A stretch of 64,000 nt of DNA, taken from contig JADMKE010000003.1 in assembly GCA_018780035.1 (NCBI GenBank), forward strand, positions 146,753 through 210,752. Reading direction: 5' to 3'. The position numbers were made by a program, and so were the translations under genes. The DNA comes from Candidatus Sericytochromatia bacterium (GTDB lineage Bacteria; Cyanobacteriota; Sericytochromatia; UBA7694). The notes under the pieces are model-generated. The model saw only the letters and a list, made by a program, of their open reading frames with translations. It did no database searches and was not told the origin of the DNA. Shown here one piece after another: positions 38,304 through 48,324 of the stretch. Positions within the stretch are counted from its first letter, which is position 1; each line of letters opens with the position of its first letter.

Positions 38304-39494
38304 ATGTCAACGCAGAAATCACGCAGCAAAAAAATTCTTCCAGGTCTACTCATCTTGGGGCTTTTGCTCTTACTTGGCTCACCTTTTGTTCACTGGGCTT
38401 GGCTTCCCGAAATGCCCTTGCAACTCACAATTGTCGATAAAACGGTGCCCGAACGTACGTTTCGAGAGCATGTGGCGTTGATTTGGAGTTTGAACCATTT
38501 TAAAGTGCCTCACCCCGATGGCCGTAACTGGAACAAAGAAACTGATTATCGGGGCTATACCCCCGAAGACACCGTTAGAAATAAGCCCGCCAAAGCAGAA
38601 GACTTAATGCCGGGTGATCTCAAAGGCAAAGACTTGCTGTTTGTGGCAGATACCTATGGGGTTTATAGCCAAGACAAAGCCGAGGCCCGCCGCGAAATTG
38701 CACCTGACTACAGCCGCAAAATTTATGGGGGCTTTGACGAACGCGAAGTCGGCCTGATTGAGCGTTTTGTCGGCAGTGGCAAAGCCCTGATCGCTGAATT
38801 TAATACCTTTGCCTCCCCCACCAAAGGAGCTGCCCGCGATCGCCTGGAAACACTCTTGGGATTGGACTGGACCGAATGGAGTGGCCGCTTTTTTGAAGAG
38901 CTTTCACATCCGACCGAAATTCCCGCTTGGGCCCGGCGCAATTGGAAGAAACAGACAGGCAAAGACTGGGCGTTTAAAGGTCCTGGGTTTTTGTTTGTGC
39001 ATGAAAACAGCCGGGTGGTGGTGCTGGAAGAGAACAAAGAAGTGAACCCCGAAGGCCTGCGCATGTTTAAAACTTCTACCCACCGTCTGACTAAAGGCAT
39101 GGGCACAGGGGTGGCCTTTCACTATTGGTTTGACATTCTCAAAGCTCTGCCGGGCACAGAAGTCTTGGCTGAATACCGCCTGGACTTAACCCAAAGTGGG
39201 GCTGCCCTTTTGAGCAAAGAGGGCATTCCCCATCAATTCCCGGCTGTGATTCTGAAAGAAAAACCCAGTTTGCGTTTGTATATAGCCGGCGATGCCTCAG
39301 ACAATGCCCTTGATCTGGGGAGCGAGGCTTGGTCGGGGCGCCAAGGTTGGTTTAAATACTGGCCTTTTGACAATCCCAATGCCGAGCAAATCGACTTTTT
39401 CTGGCGAATTTATGTGCCCTTATTGCGCAATGTCTTTACAGAACTCAGTCAAACCTATCATTCCACTTCGACGGGTAACCATGGCAACCCCTGA
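38304..39494 (+). CDS. hypothetical membrane-anchored protein
   Basis: N-terminal TM helix (ILPGLLILGLLLLLGSPFV). A 380-aa extracytoplasmic region with no recognised motif. Confidence 0.45.
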   Translation: MSTQKSRSKKILPGLLILGLLLLLGSPFVHWAWLPEMPLQLTIVDKTVPERTFREHVALIWSLNHFKVPHPDGRNWNKETDYRGYTPEDTVRNKPAKAEDLMPGDLKGKDLLFVADTYGVYSQDKAEARREIAPDYSRKIYGGFDEREVGLIERFVGSGKALIAEFNTFASPTKGAARDRLETLLGLDWTEWSGRFFEELSHPTEIPAWARRNWKKQTGKDWAFKGPGFLFVHENSRVVVLEENKEVNPEGLRMFKTSTHRLTKGMGTGVAFHYWFDILKALPGTEVLAEYRLDLTQSGAALLSKEGIPHQFPAVILKEKPSLRLYIAGDASDNALDLGSEAWSGRQGWFKYWPFDNPNAEQIDFFWRIYVPLLRNVFTELSQTYHSTSTGNHGNP

Positions 39495-39921
39495 TTTTAG
39501 CCAACTCGATCTAAAAGAGCTCAACACCTGGATGAAAAACACAGCCGCTGAATCGCTGGGGATTGAATGTGTGGCATCCGGACCCGATTGGATCGAAGCC
39601 CAGATGCCTGTTGACCACCGCACCCATCAACCGGCGGGGCTTTTACATGGTGGGGCCTCGGTTTTGCTGGCCGAGACCCTCGGCAGCGTGGCGGGCAGTC
39701 TCTGTGTCGACCGCAGCAGCCAAGCGGTGGTCGGGGTTGAAATCAATGCCAATCATTTGCGTGGGGTTTCAGAGGGACATGTCATTGGCCGGGTTTCGCC
39801 CTTGCATTTGGGCCGTACGACCCAGGTCTGGGAAATTCGCATTCGCGACAAGAAAGACCGACTGGTGTGTATCAGCAGACTTACCATCGCTGTGATTCAA
39901 AAGCCGACAGCCAAGGCTTAA
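39481..39921 (+). CDS. PaaI-family hotdog-fold thioesterase
   Basis: LLHGGASVLLAETLGS and the overall ~145-aa layout match PaaI/YigI thioesterases. ATG at 39481 overlaps the previous gene by 14 nt. Confidence 0.7.
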   Translation: MATPDFSQLDLKELNTWMKNTAAESLGIECVASGPDWIEAQMPVDHRTHQPAGLLHGGASVLLAETLGSVAGSLCVDRSSQAVVGVEINANHLRGVSEGHVIGRVSPLHLGRTTQVWEIRIRDKKDRLVCISRLTIAVIQKPTAKA

Positions 39922-39930
39922 AGAGCAACC

Positions 39931-40950
39931 TTGTTTAACACATTTCGCTCACTTCTGCCTGGTGTGGGGCTTTCGGCCTTGTTGGCAGCGCTTTCTCTCT
40001 GGCTTTCGCGGTTGCCAGAATTGTCCAAACAGCTGCCACTGAGTCCGCTGCTGCTGGCTATTTTTATTGGCCTTTTGCTGGGAAATTTGCGCCTTTGGCC
40101 CGCCATTTACAAACCCGGATTGACTTTTTCACTCAAAAAAATCCTGCGCCTGGGGATTATTTTGCTCGGTTTTAAAATCTCATTGAGCCAGGTTCAGAGC
40201 ATTGGTTGGCAAGGGCTGCTGCTTTTAAGTCTGACTGTCAGCAGTTCCTTTTTCTTTACCATTTGGCTGGGCAAACGCCTGGGGCTTTCGCCCAAACTCA
40301 GTATGCTCTTGGCCTCCGGCACTTCCATATGTGGGGCCTCCGCGATTGTCGCCACCGACGCTGTGATCGAAGCTGAAGAGCAGGACTGTGCCTATGCTGT
40401 GGCGACGATTACGCTGATGGGTACCCTCGCTATGAGCCTGTATCCCCTGGCTCAAATGGCCCTGCATTTTTCGCCCCAAAGTTATGGGGTCTGGGTTGGG
40501 GCCTCGATTCATGAAGTGGCCCAGGTGATCGCCGCAGGCTTTGCCCATGGAGAACAAAGTGGGCAGGTTGCCAGTTTGATCAAAATGACCCGCGTGGTCT
40601 TTTTGGTGCCGGTGATCTTTGGCTTATTGGCTTGGCATATTCGCATTCAAAGCCAGAACCAGACAAAAAAACTCAATTGGAAAGAACTTCCCCTGCCCTG
40701 GTTTGTTTTGCTGTTTGTGGGTATGATAGGGGTGAATTCACTCGGGATTTTGCCTGCGACAGTGGTGCAGGGGCTTGTGGAAATTGACTTGTTCTTAATC
40801 AGCATGGCGATGGCCGCATTGGGACTGGAAACCCGCCTGGACAAACTAAGAGCTACCGGCCTCAAGCCGCTTTGGCTGGGATTGGGTTCCTCGGTTTTTA
40901 TTTCTCTTGTCAGTCTGGGACTCTTGGCCCTCATGTATCCACTTTTTTAG
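39931..40950 (+). CDS. YeiH/UPF0324 family putative sulfate exporter
   Basis: 339 aa with about 10 TM helices. GTSICGASAIVAT is the family signature. Confidence 0.7.
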   Translation: MFNTFRSLLPGVGLSALLAALSLWLSRLPELSKQLPLSPLLLAIFIGLLLGNLRLWPAIYKPGLTFSLKKILRLGIILLGFKISLSQVQSIGWQGLLLLSLTVSSSFFFTIWLGKRLGLSPKLSMLLASGTSICGASAIVATDAVIEAEEQDCAYAVATITLMGTLAMSLYPLAQMALHFSPQSYGVWVGASIHEVAQVIAAGFAHGEQSGQVASLIKMTRVVFLVPVIFGLLAWHIRIQSQNQTKKLNWKELPLPWFVLLFVGMIGVNSLGILPATVVQGLVEIDLFLISMAMAALGLETRLDKLRATGLKPLWLGLGSSVFISLVSLGLLALMYPLF

Positions 40951-40995
40951 TCGTATTTTAACCGATAATATCATTTTTCCTGAGAAAGGACCATT

Positions 40996-42300
40996 TTGAT
41001 GGAACTGACCGAAACCCAATGGAAACGTCTTAAAACTTGGCGCACCTGGACTTTTTTGGTGATGCTCTTTGGCTATGTGGGCTATTATTTGATTCGCCAA
41101 AATCTCTCTGCCGCCTTTCCACTGATGGAAAAGGCCTTTGGCTATACCAATGCCCAATTGGGCCTGATCGCTGCCACTTCCGAAATCGCTTATGCCATTG
41201 GCAAATTTATCAACGGGCCCCTCGGAGACAAAATCGGGGGCAAAAAGATCTTTCTGCTCGGTATGGCAGGGGGGATTGTCTGTAATATCATTTTTGCCTT
41301 TGGGCGAGATTTGCTGTTTTTTGTGGTGGTCTGGTGTCTCTGTCGGTATTTTCTCTCGATGGGTTGGGGCGGTATCGCCAAGACGATTGGGGCCTGGTAC
41401 GAACCTGAAAAAAATGGCACTGTCATGGGCTGGATCAGTCTGAATTTTCAATTTGGGGGTGTTGTTGCCACACTCTTTGCGGGTTATCTCGTCAGCCAGG
41501 GCCAAACCTGGGACAAACTCTTTATTTACCCCGCTATTTTGGTCTGTGGGATCTGGGTCTGGTCCTATTTTGCCTCAAAAGAAGCACCGGGCGATGTGAT
41601 TCCCGGTGCCTCATTTGGCTCGGACAACCCCGAAAAAAAATCCCTGGCCAATTTCGAAGACCAAGTAGATCTTAAAGTCAGCCAGATTATTTTCTCGTTG
41701 TTGAAAATGCCGGTCTTTCGCCACTTGTTGGTCTATTCTTTTATCACAACCTTTTTGCGCTCGATCTTCTTTTTCTGGACACCCAAATTTTTGGTCGATA
41801 TCGGTATGAGTTCGACCACCGCCATCTTTCAATCGGCGGTCTTTCCATTTTTGGGCTGTTTGGGCACCGTGCTTTTGGGTTGGTATACAGATAAATATGC
41901 CCCCCACGGCGACCGCGCCAAAGCCATGGCCGTGATGCTGGTGGGTCTATTTTTGAGTATGTTGGGTATTACCTTGATCTCGGGCAGCGGCAGCAGTGGC
42001 CACACGATGGTGGTGATCATGCTGGGATTGAGTGGTTTTTTTCTGCTGGGGCCCTATTCCATGTCGAGCGGTTGTCTGACCTTGGACATTGCCGGTTCCA
42101 AAGGCGCGGGTTCGTGCACAGGTTTGATCGACGGCGTGGGTTATATTGGCGGGGCCTTGGCCACCTGGGGGGCCGGTTTGCTCTCTGACATCCTCGGCTG
42201 GCCGCAGGTCTTTGGGATTCTCACGGCTTTTTCACTTCTGGCAATTGGCTCAGCCATGATGATGAGTTACCATTTCCGCAAAATGCGGCAGGCAGTTTGA
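40996..42300 (+). CDS. MFS transporter, organophosphate:Pi antiporter (GlpT/UhpT-like) family
   Basis: The N-terminus W-TFLVMLFGYVGYYLIRQNLSAAFPLM...IAYAIGKFINGPLGDKIGGKKIF aligns with GlpT ([29 protein letters not shown]...[22 protein letters not shown]). 12 TM helices. Confidence 0.7.
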   Translation: MMELTETQWKRLKTWRTWTFLVMLFGYVGYYLIRQNLSAAFPLMEKAFGYTNAQLGLIAATSEIAYAIGKFINGPLGDKIGGKKIFLLGMAGGIVCNIIFAFGRDLLFFVVVWCLCRYFLSMGWGGIAKTIGAWYEPEKNGTVMGWISLNFQFGGVVATLFAGYLVSQGQTWDKLFIYPAILVCGIWVWSYFASKEAPGDVIPGASFGSDNPEKKSLANFEDQVDLKVSQIIFSLLKMPVFRHLLVYSFITTFLRSIFFFWTPKFLVDIGMSSTTAIFQSAVFPFLGCLGTVLLGWYTDKYAPHGDRAKAMAVMLVGLFLSMLGITLISGSGSSGHTMVVIMLGLSGFFLLGPYSMSSGCLTLDIAGSKGAGSCTGLIDGVGYIGGALATWGAGLLSDILGWPQVFGILTAFSLLAIGSAMMMSYHFRKMRQAV

Positions 42301-42332
42301 GTGCTTAATCAAAGCCCTCTTTTGGGTTTACG

Positions 42333-43217
42333 TTAGGGCAAAAAGATCTCGGGTTCAAAGCGGACGGTGGCAAAAAATTCACTCCAAGAGGCGCTGAAAT
42401 TGGCGCTGCCGCCGCTGCCGAGATGGAATTGCTGGCGAAAGCCGACCTCTCCACCGAGATAGGGCAAAAAGCGCCCGTACCAGCTCAGACCCAGATGAAA
42501 AATACTCATGTTGCTGGGAAAATTGGCAGTGGTGGAATCGGTTAAAACCGGAGTAAAGGGATACGCCGCCAGATTGACAAAGAGAAAGAGCGGAAAGGGC
42601 AGGGTATCGTCAAAGCGCACGGCCAATTGGGTGCCCAGCCCAAACCCCAATCGGTTTTGGTTGACATGGTAATAGACCGATTTATCGTCAATGGTTTTGT
42701 CGTTGTGATTGAATTGGGCAGACATGCCCAGATACGGTGCCAATTCAATTCGGTCTTTTAAAAGCTTGAAAAAATAGCCCACACCAGCATCGAGAAAATG
42801 GGTATAGCGCCCAAATTGATCCCCTGTGCGCTGGTTTTTGACAGGTTGAGAGAGAAAGGTATAGTCCATAAAGACATAGGCGTTTTTGAGAGTCCCCTCT
42901 TTAAAACGGTACATACCGCCAATCCGGGGCTCGTGATAGACCACCCCCCCCGCGGTAATTTCACCCAATTCGGTGCTGGGTAGCGTCAGTTTTTCGCCAA
43001 AGAGGTCAATCTGATAGCCAATCCGGCCATAGGTCCGCATCACGGGCTCATGGGATTCTTCTGCGCTGACTGGGGTGGGTTCTGGCTGGGGGGAAGACGT
43101 CGGCGAAGCACTGGGGCTGGGCTGTTCGTTGAGAGGTTCATCATACGACTCCGCCCAGACAGGCTGTGCAATGAAACCGGACAGAAGCAAGAGAGTGGCA
43201 AAAAGAGACTTGGGCAT
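42333..43217 (-). CDS. secreted protein, probable outer-membrane beta-barrel
   Basis: Signal peptide, a Pro/Ser-rich linker, then alternating aromatic/hydrophilic beta-strand-like segments and C-terminal aromatic residues. Confidence 0.4.
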   Translation of the reverse strand: MPKSLFATLLLLSGFIAQPVWAESYDEPLNEQPSPSASPTSSPQPEPTPVSAEESHEPVMRTYGRIGYQIDLFGEKLTLPSTELGEITAGGVVYHEPRIGGMYRFKEGTLKNAYVFMDYTFLSQPVKNQRTGDQFGRYTHFLDAGVGYFFKLLKDRIELAPYLGMSAQFNHNDKTIDDKSVYYHVNQNRLGFGLGTQLAVRFDDTLPFPLFLFVNLAAYPFTPVLTDSTTANFPSNMSIFHLGLSWYGRFLPYLGGEVGFRQQFHLGSGGSANFSASWSEFFATVRFEPEIFLP

Positions 43218-43366
43218 AAGACCTCATCAGCTAAATTAGTTTGGGCTCAAATTTGTATCCCTACATCGTAACCGATCCATGCCCAGAGACAAAACAAGGG
43301 GCCGAAGCCCCTGTGTTAATTAGGCCGAAGCCCCAAATAATTATAAGTAAAAACTAAATCGCAAGA

Positions 43367-43870
43367 TTATTTTGCACCCCAATAGCCACCAGCTCCACCG
43401 ACCAAGGCTGCTGGAGCTGCAAACATGGCAGCAGTTTTGATGTCTCGGGTAATTGCGAAGGCTGCTCCGCCAGCAAGTGCGCCACTGACCGCAGCGCCCA
43501 AGGCTGCACCAGAACCTTTTGAATCAGCGTAAGCGGCACCAACAGTGCCACCAATTCCGCCGCCGACAGCGGTTAACGCACCGACACCCAGCAAGGCAAT
43601 GCCTGCAAAGGTTGCTCCAAAAGCGCCCGTTCCTGTCAAAGATTTAGCTGAATGGATCAAAAGCGCGCCTGCACCGGCAATAGCACCCCCCCCTAACAGA
43701 GAGACTGCTGCGACTTTACCCGCACTTTTGCCTGAGAATTGAATGTCATCTTTGTTTAATGAGGCTGCCGAAGTGGTTTGAGCGTTGATGACGGGTTTTT
43801 CTGTTTTGGGATTTACAGGGGTAGGGGAAGTGAACAAAGGTGTTTGGTTTGAAATGGCAAAATTTGACAT
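43367..43870 (-). CDS. Gly/Ala-rich glycine-zipper membrane protein
   Basis: The C-terminal 110 aa are almost entirely G/A/L/V with a GxxxG periodicity (GGGAIAGAGALL, GVGALTAVGGGIGGTVGAAYA). An AT-rich promoter region lies upstream. Confidence 0.45.
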   Translation of the reverse strand: MSNFAISNQTPLFTSPTPVNPKTEKPVINAQTTSAASLNKDDIQFSGKSAGKVAAVSLLGGGAIAGAGALLIHSAKSLTGTGAFGATFAGIALLGVGALTAVGGGIGGTVGAAYADSKGSGAALGAAVSGALAGGAAFAITRDIKTAAMFAAPAALVGGAGGYWGAK

Positions 43871-44096
43871 TGTTTTTTCTCTCTATTTTAAGCTATTGAT
43901 CGAACTAAACTCTAAATCACAGTTATTTTATCGGAGACTGCAACAAAAATCTGGCCAAATTATGGTTAATTATAGATTAAATAAGCGTAAAAGAATGTTT
44001 AAAGATTAAATTTAGCATAAGCTTAATCCCTTTTGCCTGGAAAACCTTGTTGCCTTTCTGCTATGAATAGAATAACTCTGGTGTTCAGGACAAGGC

Positions 44097-44303
44097 ATGA
44101 CTCACATACAAGAACAGGTATTTCTGATCACTTATCAGCAAAATGGCTTACTTATGCGGGACCGTTTCTTTGAAGAAGCTGAGCCTGCCCGGCAGCATTT
44201 GACCTATCTACAGCACCTGTTTCCCGACTCCCAGGTACAATTGCATGTTTTGTCGCTGCACAAGCGATCTCCCAGCAATTTCAGTCAGAGCACGCTACTC
44301 TAA
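44097..44303 (+). CDS. hypothetical small protein (68 aa)
   Basis: ORF only; no SD or domain. Confidence 0.2.
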   Translation: MTHIQEQVFLITYQQNGLLMRDRFFEEAEPARQHLTYLQHLFPDSQVQLHVLSLHKRSPSNFSQSTLL

Positions 44304-44330
44304 CGCTCTCAAAAGCCTGTTTTTAGGGCC

Positions 44331-44359
44331 TTAGCCAAGACCTCTGGGTGTGGTATAAT
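44331..44359 (+). promoter_or_regulatory. sigma70-like promoter with extended -10
   Basis: tgGTATAAT at 44351-44359, with ttagcc 17 bp upstream, about 60 nt before the 44419 ATG. Confidence 0.45.
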
Positions 44360-44418
44360 GCCCTTGATTTTAGTGATACCTCATATGAGAGTACGTCTGA
44401 GGAGAGCCTGAGTTTTTT

Positions 44419-45837
44419 ATGAGCAGCCGCCTTGCCTATCAGTCCCCTGAATTCACCGCCGCCGCCGCGGACCCTCAGGACCTGCAAAAATGGGAAGAAG
44501 CCCAATTTGCCCTCTATCGCAAACGCACAGAAGATGCCAAATCCAGCCAGAATGATCTCTTGGCCTGTGCCGAACTGGCCATTCGCAACAAAGATGCAAG
44601 CTGTGCTCAGCGCTGTCTGGAGCGTAGCTTCAAGCTCAACGCCCAAGAAGCCGATGCGGTTTATTTACAAGCTCTTTTGGCCCTGGCCCAGAACCAAGCA
44701 GCGGCCGCTTTAGGTCAATTGGAGGCTTTGGCTCCCACTCTGCCCAGCTCTGGTGCCGATACTGCCCGGGTTTGGCGGCTCCTGGCCCAGGAGCGCCTGC
44801 GCCAAAAATCAGATTTGCAGGCGGCGGCTGCCGCATTTGCCAAGGCCTGCGAGGCTGCCCAGGCCCCAGACTTTTTACATAGCACCACCCGCTCTTCAGA
44901 TGCTGTCAGTGCAGAAATGCTCGATTTTGACTTTTTGCTCTTTGATCGTTTGTATGCTTGGGAGGGAGGAAAAGCCTCTCTGCGTTTGGTTGCCTTGGCA
45001 ACCGGCCCCCAAGATCAGCTCTATCTGCTCGACAATTATAACCGCCTGATCTTCCAATTTGATGCCAAAGGCAAATTTGAACGCGGTATCAGTGAACGTC
45101 AATTGGCCATGGGGCAATTTTTGCATCCCGAGGCCCGCTGGGAACTCTCGGATCTCTGTGTCGGACCCAATGGCCATATCTATTTGGCAGGCAATCGAGA
45201 TGCCATTGGGGTCTTCAGCCCCGATTGGAAGCTGCTCAAGACCTATCAGGCTCCCGCATCCGACCGTCCACTGCGCCCCATTTCGCTGGCTGTTGATGCC
45301 CAAAACCAGCTCTTTGTCCTCTATTTGCACCTGGAAGGCATTCACGTCTTTAATGCCGAAGGCTTTCATGAAGGGGCCTTTGGCAACAATACCACCATGC
45401 CCCAGAGCGGCAAAAATTATTATTGTGGGCTGGCCGTGGACAAAGCCAAACGGCTGTATCTCTATGATCGTGAAAAAGTCCAGGTTTATCACAGTGAAAC
45501 CCGTGAGTGGCTCAAAACCTTGGATTTGCCTGCGGGCATAAGTCTCGATGACGAGAATTACCCCTTTTGTTGGAACGGCGCAGCAATAGATGCCGAAGGT
45601 CTACTTTGGCTGGCTGATACCGCTAATAACCGGGTATTGAACCTCAAAGAGGGCGAAATCTCAGCCCCTTTGCCCAAACTGGATCCAAAATTACAGAATT
45701 TGTCCCACCCTTTTGATATAACTTTTGATAGCCAGGGCCGTTTGTATCTGGCCGATACCCAACATGCCCGCGTTTTAAAATACGAAGCGCAAAAATGGTC
45801 CCAGGTCTTTGGGCATCCCACCTTTGAAGCCGTTTAA
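44419..45837 (+). CDS. TPR-like N-terminal plus NHL/beta-propeller C-terminal protein
   Basis: N-terminal helical repeats. C-terminal repeats with LYLAD, LWLADTANNRVLNL and LYLADTQHARVLKY. Confidence 0.5.
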   Translation: MSSRLAYQSPEFTAAAADPQDLQKWEEAQFALYRKRTEDAKSSQNDLLACAELAIRNKDASCAQRCLERSFKLNAQEADAVYLQALLALAQNQAAAALGQLEALAPTLPSSGADTARVWRLLAQERLRQKSDLQAAAAAFAKACEAAQAPDFLHSTTRSSDAVSAEMLDFDFLLFDRLYAWEGGKASLRLVALATGPQDQLYLLDNYNRLIFQFDAKGKFERGISERQLAMGQFLHPEARWELSDLCVGPNGHIYLAGNRDAIGVFSPDWKLLKTYQAPASDRPLRPISLAVDAQNQLFVLYLHLEGIHVFNAEGFHEGAFGNNTTMPQSGKNYYCGLAVDKAKRLYLYDREKVQVYHSETREWLKTLDLPAGISLDDENYPFCWNGAAIDAEGLLWLADTANNRVLNLKEGEISAPLPKLDPKLQNLSHPFDITFDSQGRLYLADTQHARVLKYEAQKWSQVFGHPTFEAV

Positions 45838-45853
45838 TGCAGGAGTGAGGTAA

Positions 45854-47473
45854 TTGTATATGCGCCATTCAATCAAGTTTCTTTCAGGCCTTTTGGCCGC
45901 CGCGATCTGTCTCGGGGTACCCAATGCCCCATCGGCTCAAGCCCTGCAACGGGGAGGCGTTTTGCGGATTGTCTCTGTGGGAGAACCCACCCTGCTCAAT
46001 CCTGTCTTTGAAAACAGCGATGCGGCCCGTGAACTCTATAATTTGATCTTCAGCAGCTTGATTCGGCGCAACAGCCAGTCCCAGCTCGAACCCGATCTTT
46101 TAACTGTTGTGCCCACCTACCAAAATGGCATGATTCGCAATTTGCCCAACGGCGAAATGGAAGTGACCTATACCCTGCGGCCGCATTTGCTTTGGCATGA
46201 TGGCCACCCCCTCACCGCTGAAGATGTGCAATTCACCTGGATGGCGCATACCGATCCTCGCTTTAAATACCCCCCTACCCCTGGTTACGAGCAGATTCGC
46301 CAAGTTCAAGTGGTGGACCCCCAAACCATTCGGGTGACTTTTTTTGAAACCTACCCCGAATATTACAACCTCTTCCAACATATTCTGCCCAAACATTCGT
46401 TCCGCAGCAAATACTGGGATTTTGCCGAAGATCATCCCTGGAACAGTCATCCTGTGGGTTCTGGGCCTTTTGTTTTAAAAGACTGGAAAAAAGGGGAGAT
46501 GGCCATCTTTGATGCCAACCCACTTTACCACCGCGCCAAACCCAATTTGGATCAAATTCGCTACCAATTCAAAGAGACAGGCTACCGCGCCATTCCGGGT
46601 GTGGTTGATTGGGTTCAGGGGGCCGACATCGTTCAAGGCATGTCGATCGTTTCTTATGATTACCTCAAAGAAAACCCCGAACTGGAATTGCACCTGCGCA
46701 ATACTGGCAGAATTGAACATATCGAAATCAATATCAAGCAACCTGTATTGGCGGATTTGCGCGTGAGACGGGCCCTGGCCTACGCCATTGATCGCAAAGC
46801 GATCAGCGAACGTTTGCTTGGCTTGGCCCAACCTGCTTGGAGCGATCAGCCACAAGACTCTTGGAAGTACAACGAGCGCAGCTCCAGCTTTTATAATTTT
46901 AACCCCACCCATGCTGCCAAACTCCTCAATGAAGCCGGTTGGAGCCCCAAAGGGGCTGGCCAGCGTTATAATGAAAATGGTGAGGCCTTGACCCTGACTT
47001 TGGCGATGGTCAACGGCAATAAGTCCCACCAATTGGTAGGCAGCTATCTGCGTGATGCCTTTGCCCAAATTGGGGTCAAACTCGAACTCAAACCTGTGCC
47101 CGAAGAAATGTTGATCGGTGAATTGTTGCCCGGCGGGCATTACGAATTGGCATTGTCTTCTTGGAGCAGCCATCCCGACGAAACCTCTTTTAAGCGTTGG
47201 CATTCCAGTCAGGTGCCCCCCAAAGGCAATAATTTCACCCGTTTTGTCGATTATCAGGCCGATAGCCTGCTGCAGTCACTGGAAAATGCCAGCGATCTCA
47301 ATCAACAGCGGCGTCTCTATTTTCAATTGGCTGCGGTCTTGAGCGAGCGTTTGCCAGCCATCCCGCTTTATCACGACACGGTACTCGAAGCCAGTAAAAA
47401 AAAGGTGCATAATTATTATCCCAATCCCTTTATGGGAGCAACTTGGAATAGCGCCAATTGGTGGATTGAATAA
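45854..47473 (+). CDS. ABC transporter substrate-binding protein, family 5 (peptide/nickel type)
   Basis: Signal peptide. The length and motifs (LRRALAYAIDRKAI, NPTHAAKLLNEAGW) are typical of SBP_bac_5. Confidence 0.8.
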   Translation: MYMRHSIKFLSGLLAAAICLGVPNAPSAQALQRGGVLRIVSVGEPTLLNPVFENSDAARELYNLIFSSLIRRNSQSQLEPDLLTVVPTYQNGMIRNLPNGEMEVTYTLRPHLLWHDGHPLTAEDVQFTWMAHTDPRFKYPPTPGYEQIRQVQVVDPQTIRVTFFETYPEYYNLFQHILPKHSFRSKYWDFAEDHPWNSHPVGSGPFVLKDWKKGEMAIFDANPLYHRAKPNLDQIRYQFKETGYRAIPGVVDWVQGADIVQGMSIVSYDYLKENPELELHLRNTGRIEHIEINIKQPVLADLRVRRALAYAIDRKAISERLLGLAQPAWSDQPQDSWKYNERSSSFYNFNPTHAAKLLNEAGWSPKGAGQRYNENGEALTLTLAMVNGNKSHQLVGSYLRDAFAQIGVKLELKPVPEEMLIGELLPGGHYELALSSWSSHPDETSFKRWHSSQVPPKGNNFTRFVDYQADSLLQSLENASDLNQQRRLYFQLAAVLSERLPAIPLYHDTVLEASKKKVHNYYPNPFMGATWNSANWWIE

Positions 47474-48324
47474 TGGCCCTGCTCGATGGCAAATCCCTTG
47501 CTGCCGAGCTGGAAGCGTCCCTGAAAAACGAAGTGGAACGCCTGTCCATCCGACCTGGTTTGGCTGTGATTATGGCTGGCGATGATGCGGCTTCAAAAAT
47601 TTATGTGGGACGCAAAGAGCAGGCCTGTCAACGGGTGGGTTTTTACTCGGAAATGGTCTATTTGCCAGCAGATATCTCCCAGGAAGCACTGTTGGAACAG
47701 GTCCAGGTGCTCAATCAACGGTCAGATATTCACGGTATATTGGTGCAATTGCCTTTGCCTGCTCAGATAGATGTGACCCAGGTGCTCGAAGCTGTGGCCC
47801 CTGAAAAAGATGTGGATGGCTTTCATCCCATCAACGCCGGCCATCTCTTTAATGGCACTCCCCATTTGGTGCCCTGCACGGCTTTGGGGGTAATGCATTT
47901 GCTCAAAAGCCAGCAGATTCCCATGCTGGGTAAACAAGCTCTGGTGATTGGACGCAGCAATATTGTGGGCAAACCTATGGCTTTATTGCTTTTGCAGGAA
48001 CATGCCACCGTGACCATTGCCCATTCCCGCACACCCAATCTGGCCGAACTCTGTTTACAGGCAGATATTATTGTGGCTGCTGTTGGCAAAGCCAAATTGG
48101 TGACCGCAGAGATGGTTAAACCGGGTGCCGTTGTGATCGATGTGGGAATGAACCGCAGCGAGGGCAAACTCTGTGGAGATGTGGATTTTGAAAGTGTGGC
48201 CCCCAAAGCCAGTTGGATTACTCCCGTGCCGGGGGGGGTGGGACCGATGACCATTTCATGCCTGCTTTTAAACACCCTGCAGGCCGCATGCCAAAGCCTG
48301 GCATTATCAGGAACCCGTGGTTAA
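47473..48324 (+). CDS. folD: bifunctional methylenetetrahydrofolate dehydrogenase/cyclohydrolase
   Basis: MALLDGKSLA...VIMAGDDAASKIYV...DVDGFHPIN...GRSNIVGKPMA...PVPGGVGPMT. Confidence 0.9.
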   Translation: MALLDGKSLAAELEASLKNEVERLSIRPGLAVIMAGDDAASKIYVGRKEQACQRVGFYSEMVYLPADISQEALLEQVQVLNQRSDIHGILVQLPLPAQIDVTQVLEAVAPEKDVDGFHPINAGHLFNGTPHLVPCTALGVMHLLKSQQIPMLGKQALVIGRSNIVGKPMALLLLQEHATVTIAHSRTPNLAELCLQADIIVAAVGKAKLVTAEMVKPGAVVIDVGMNRSEGKLCGDVDFESVAPKASWITPVPGGVGPMTISCLLLNTLQAACQSLALSGTRG

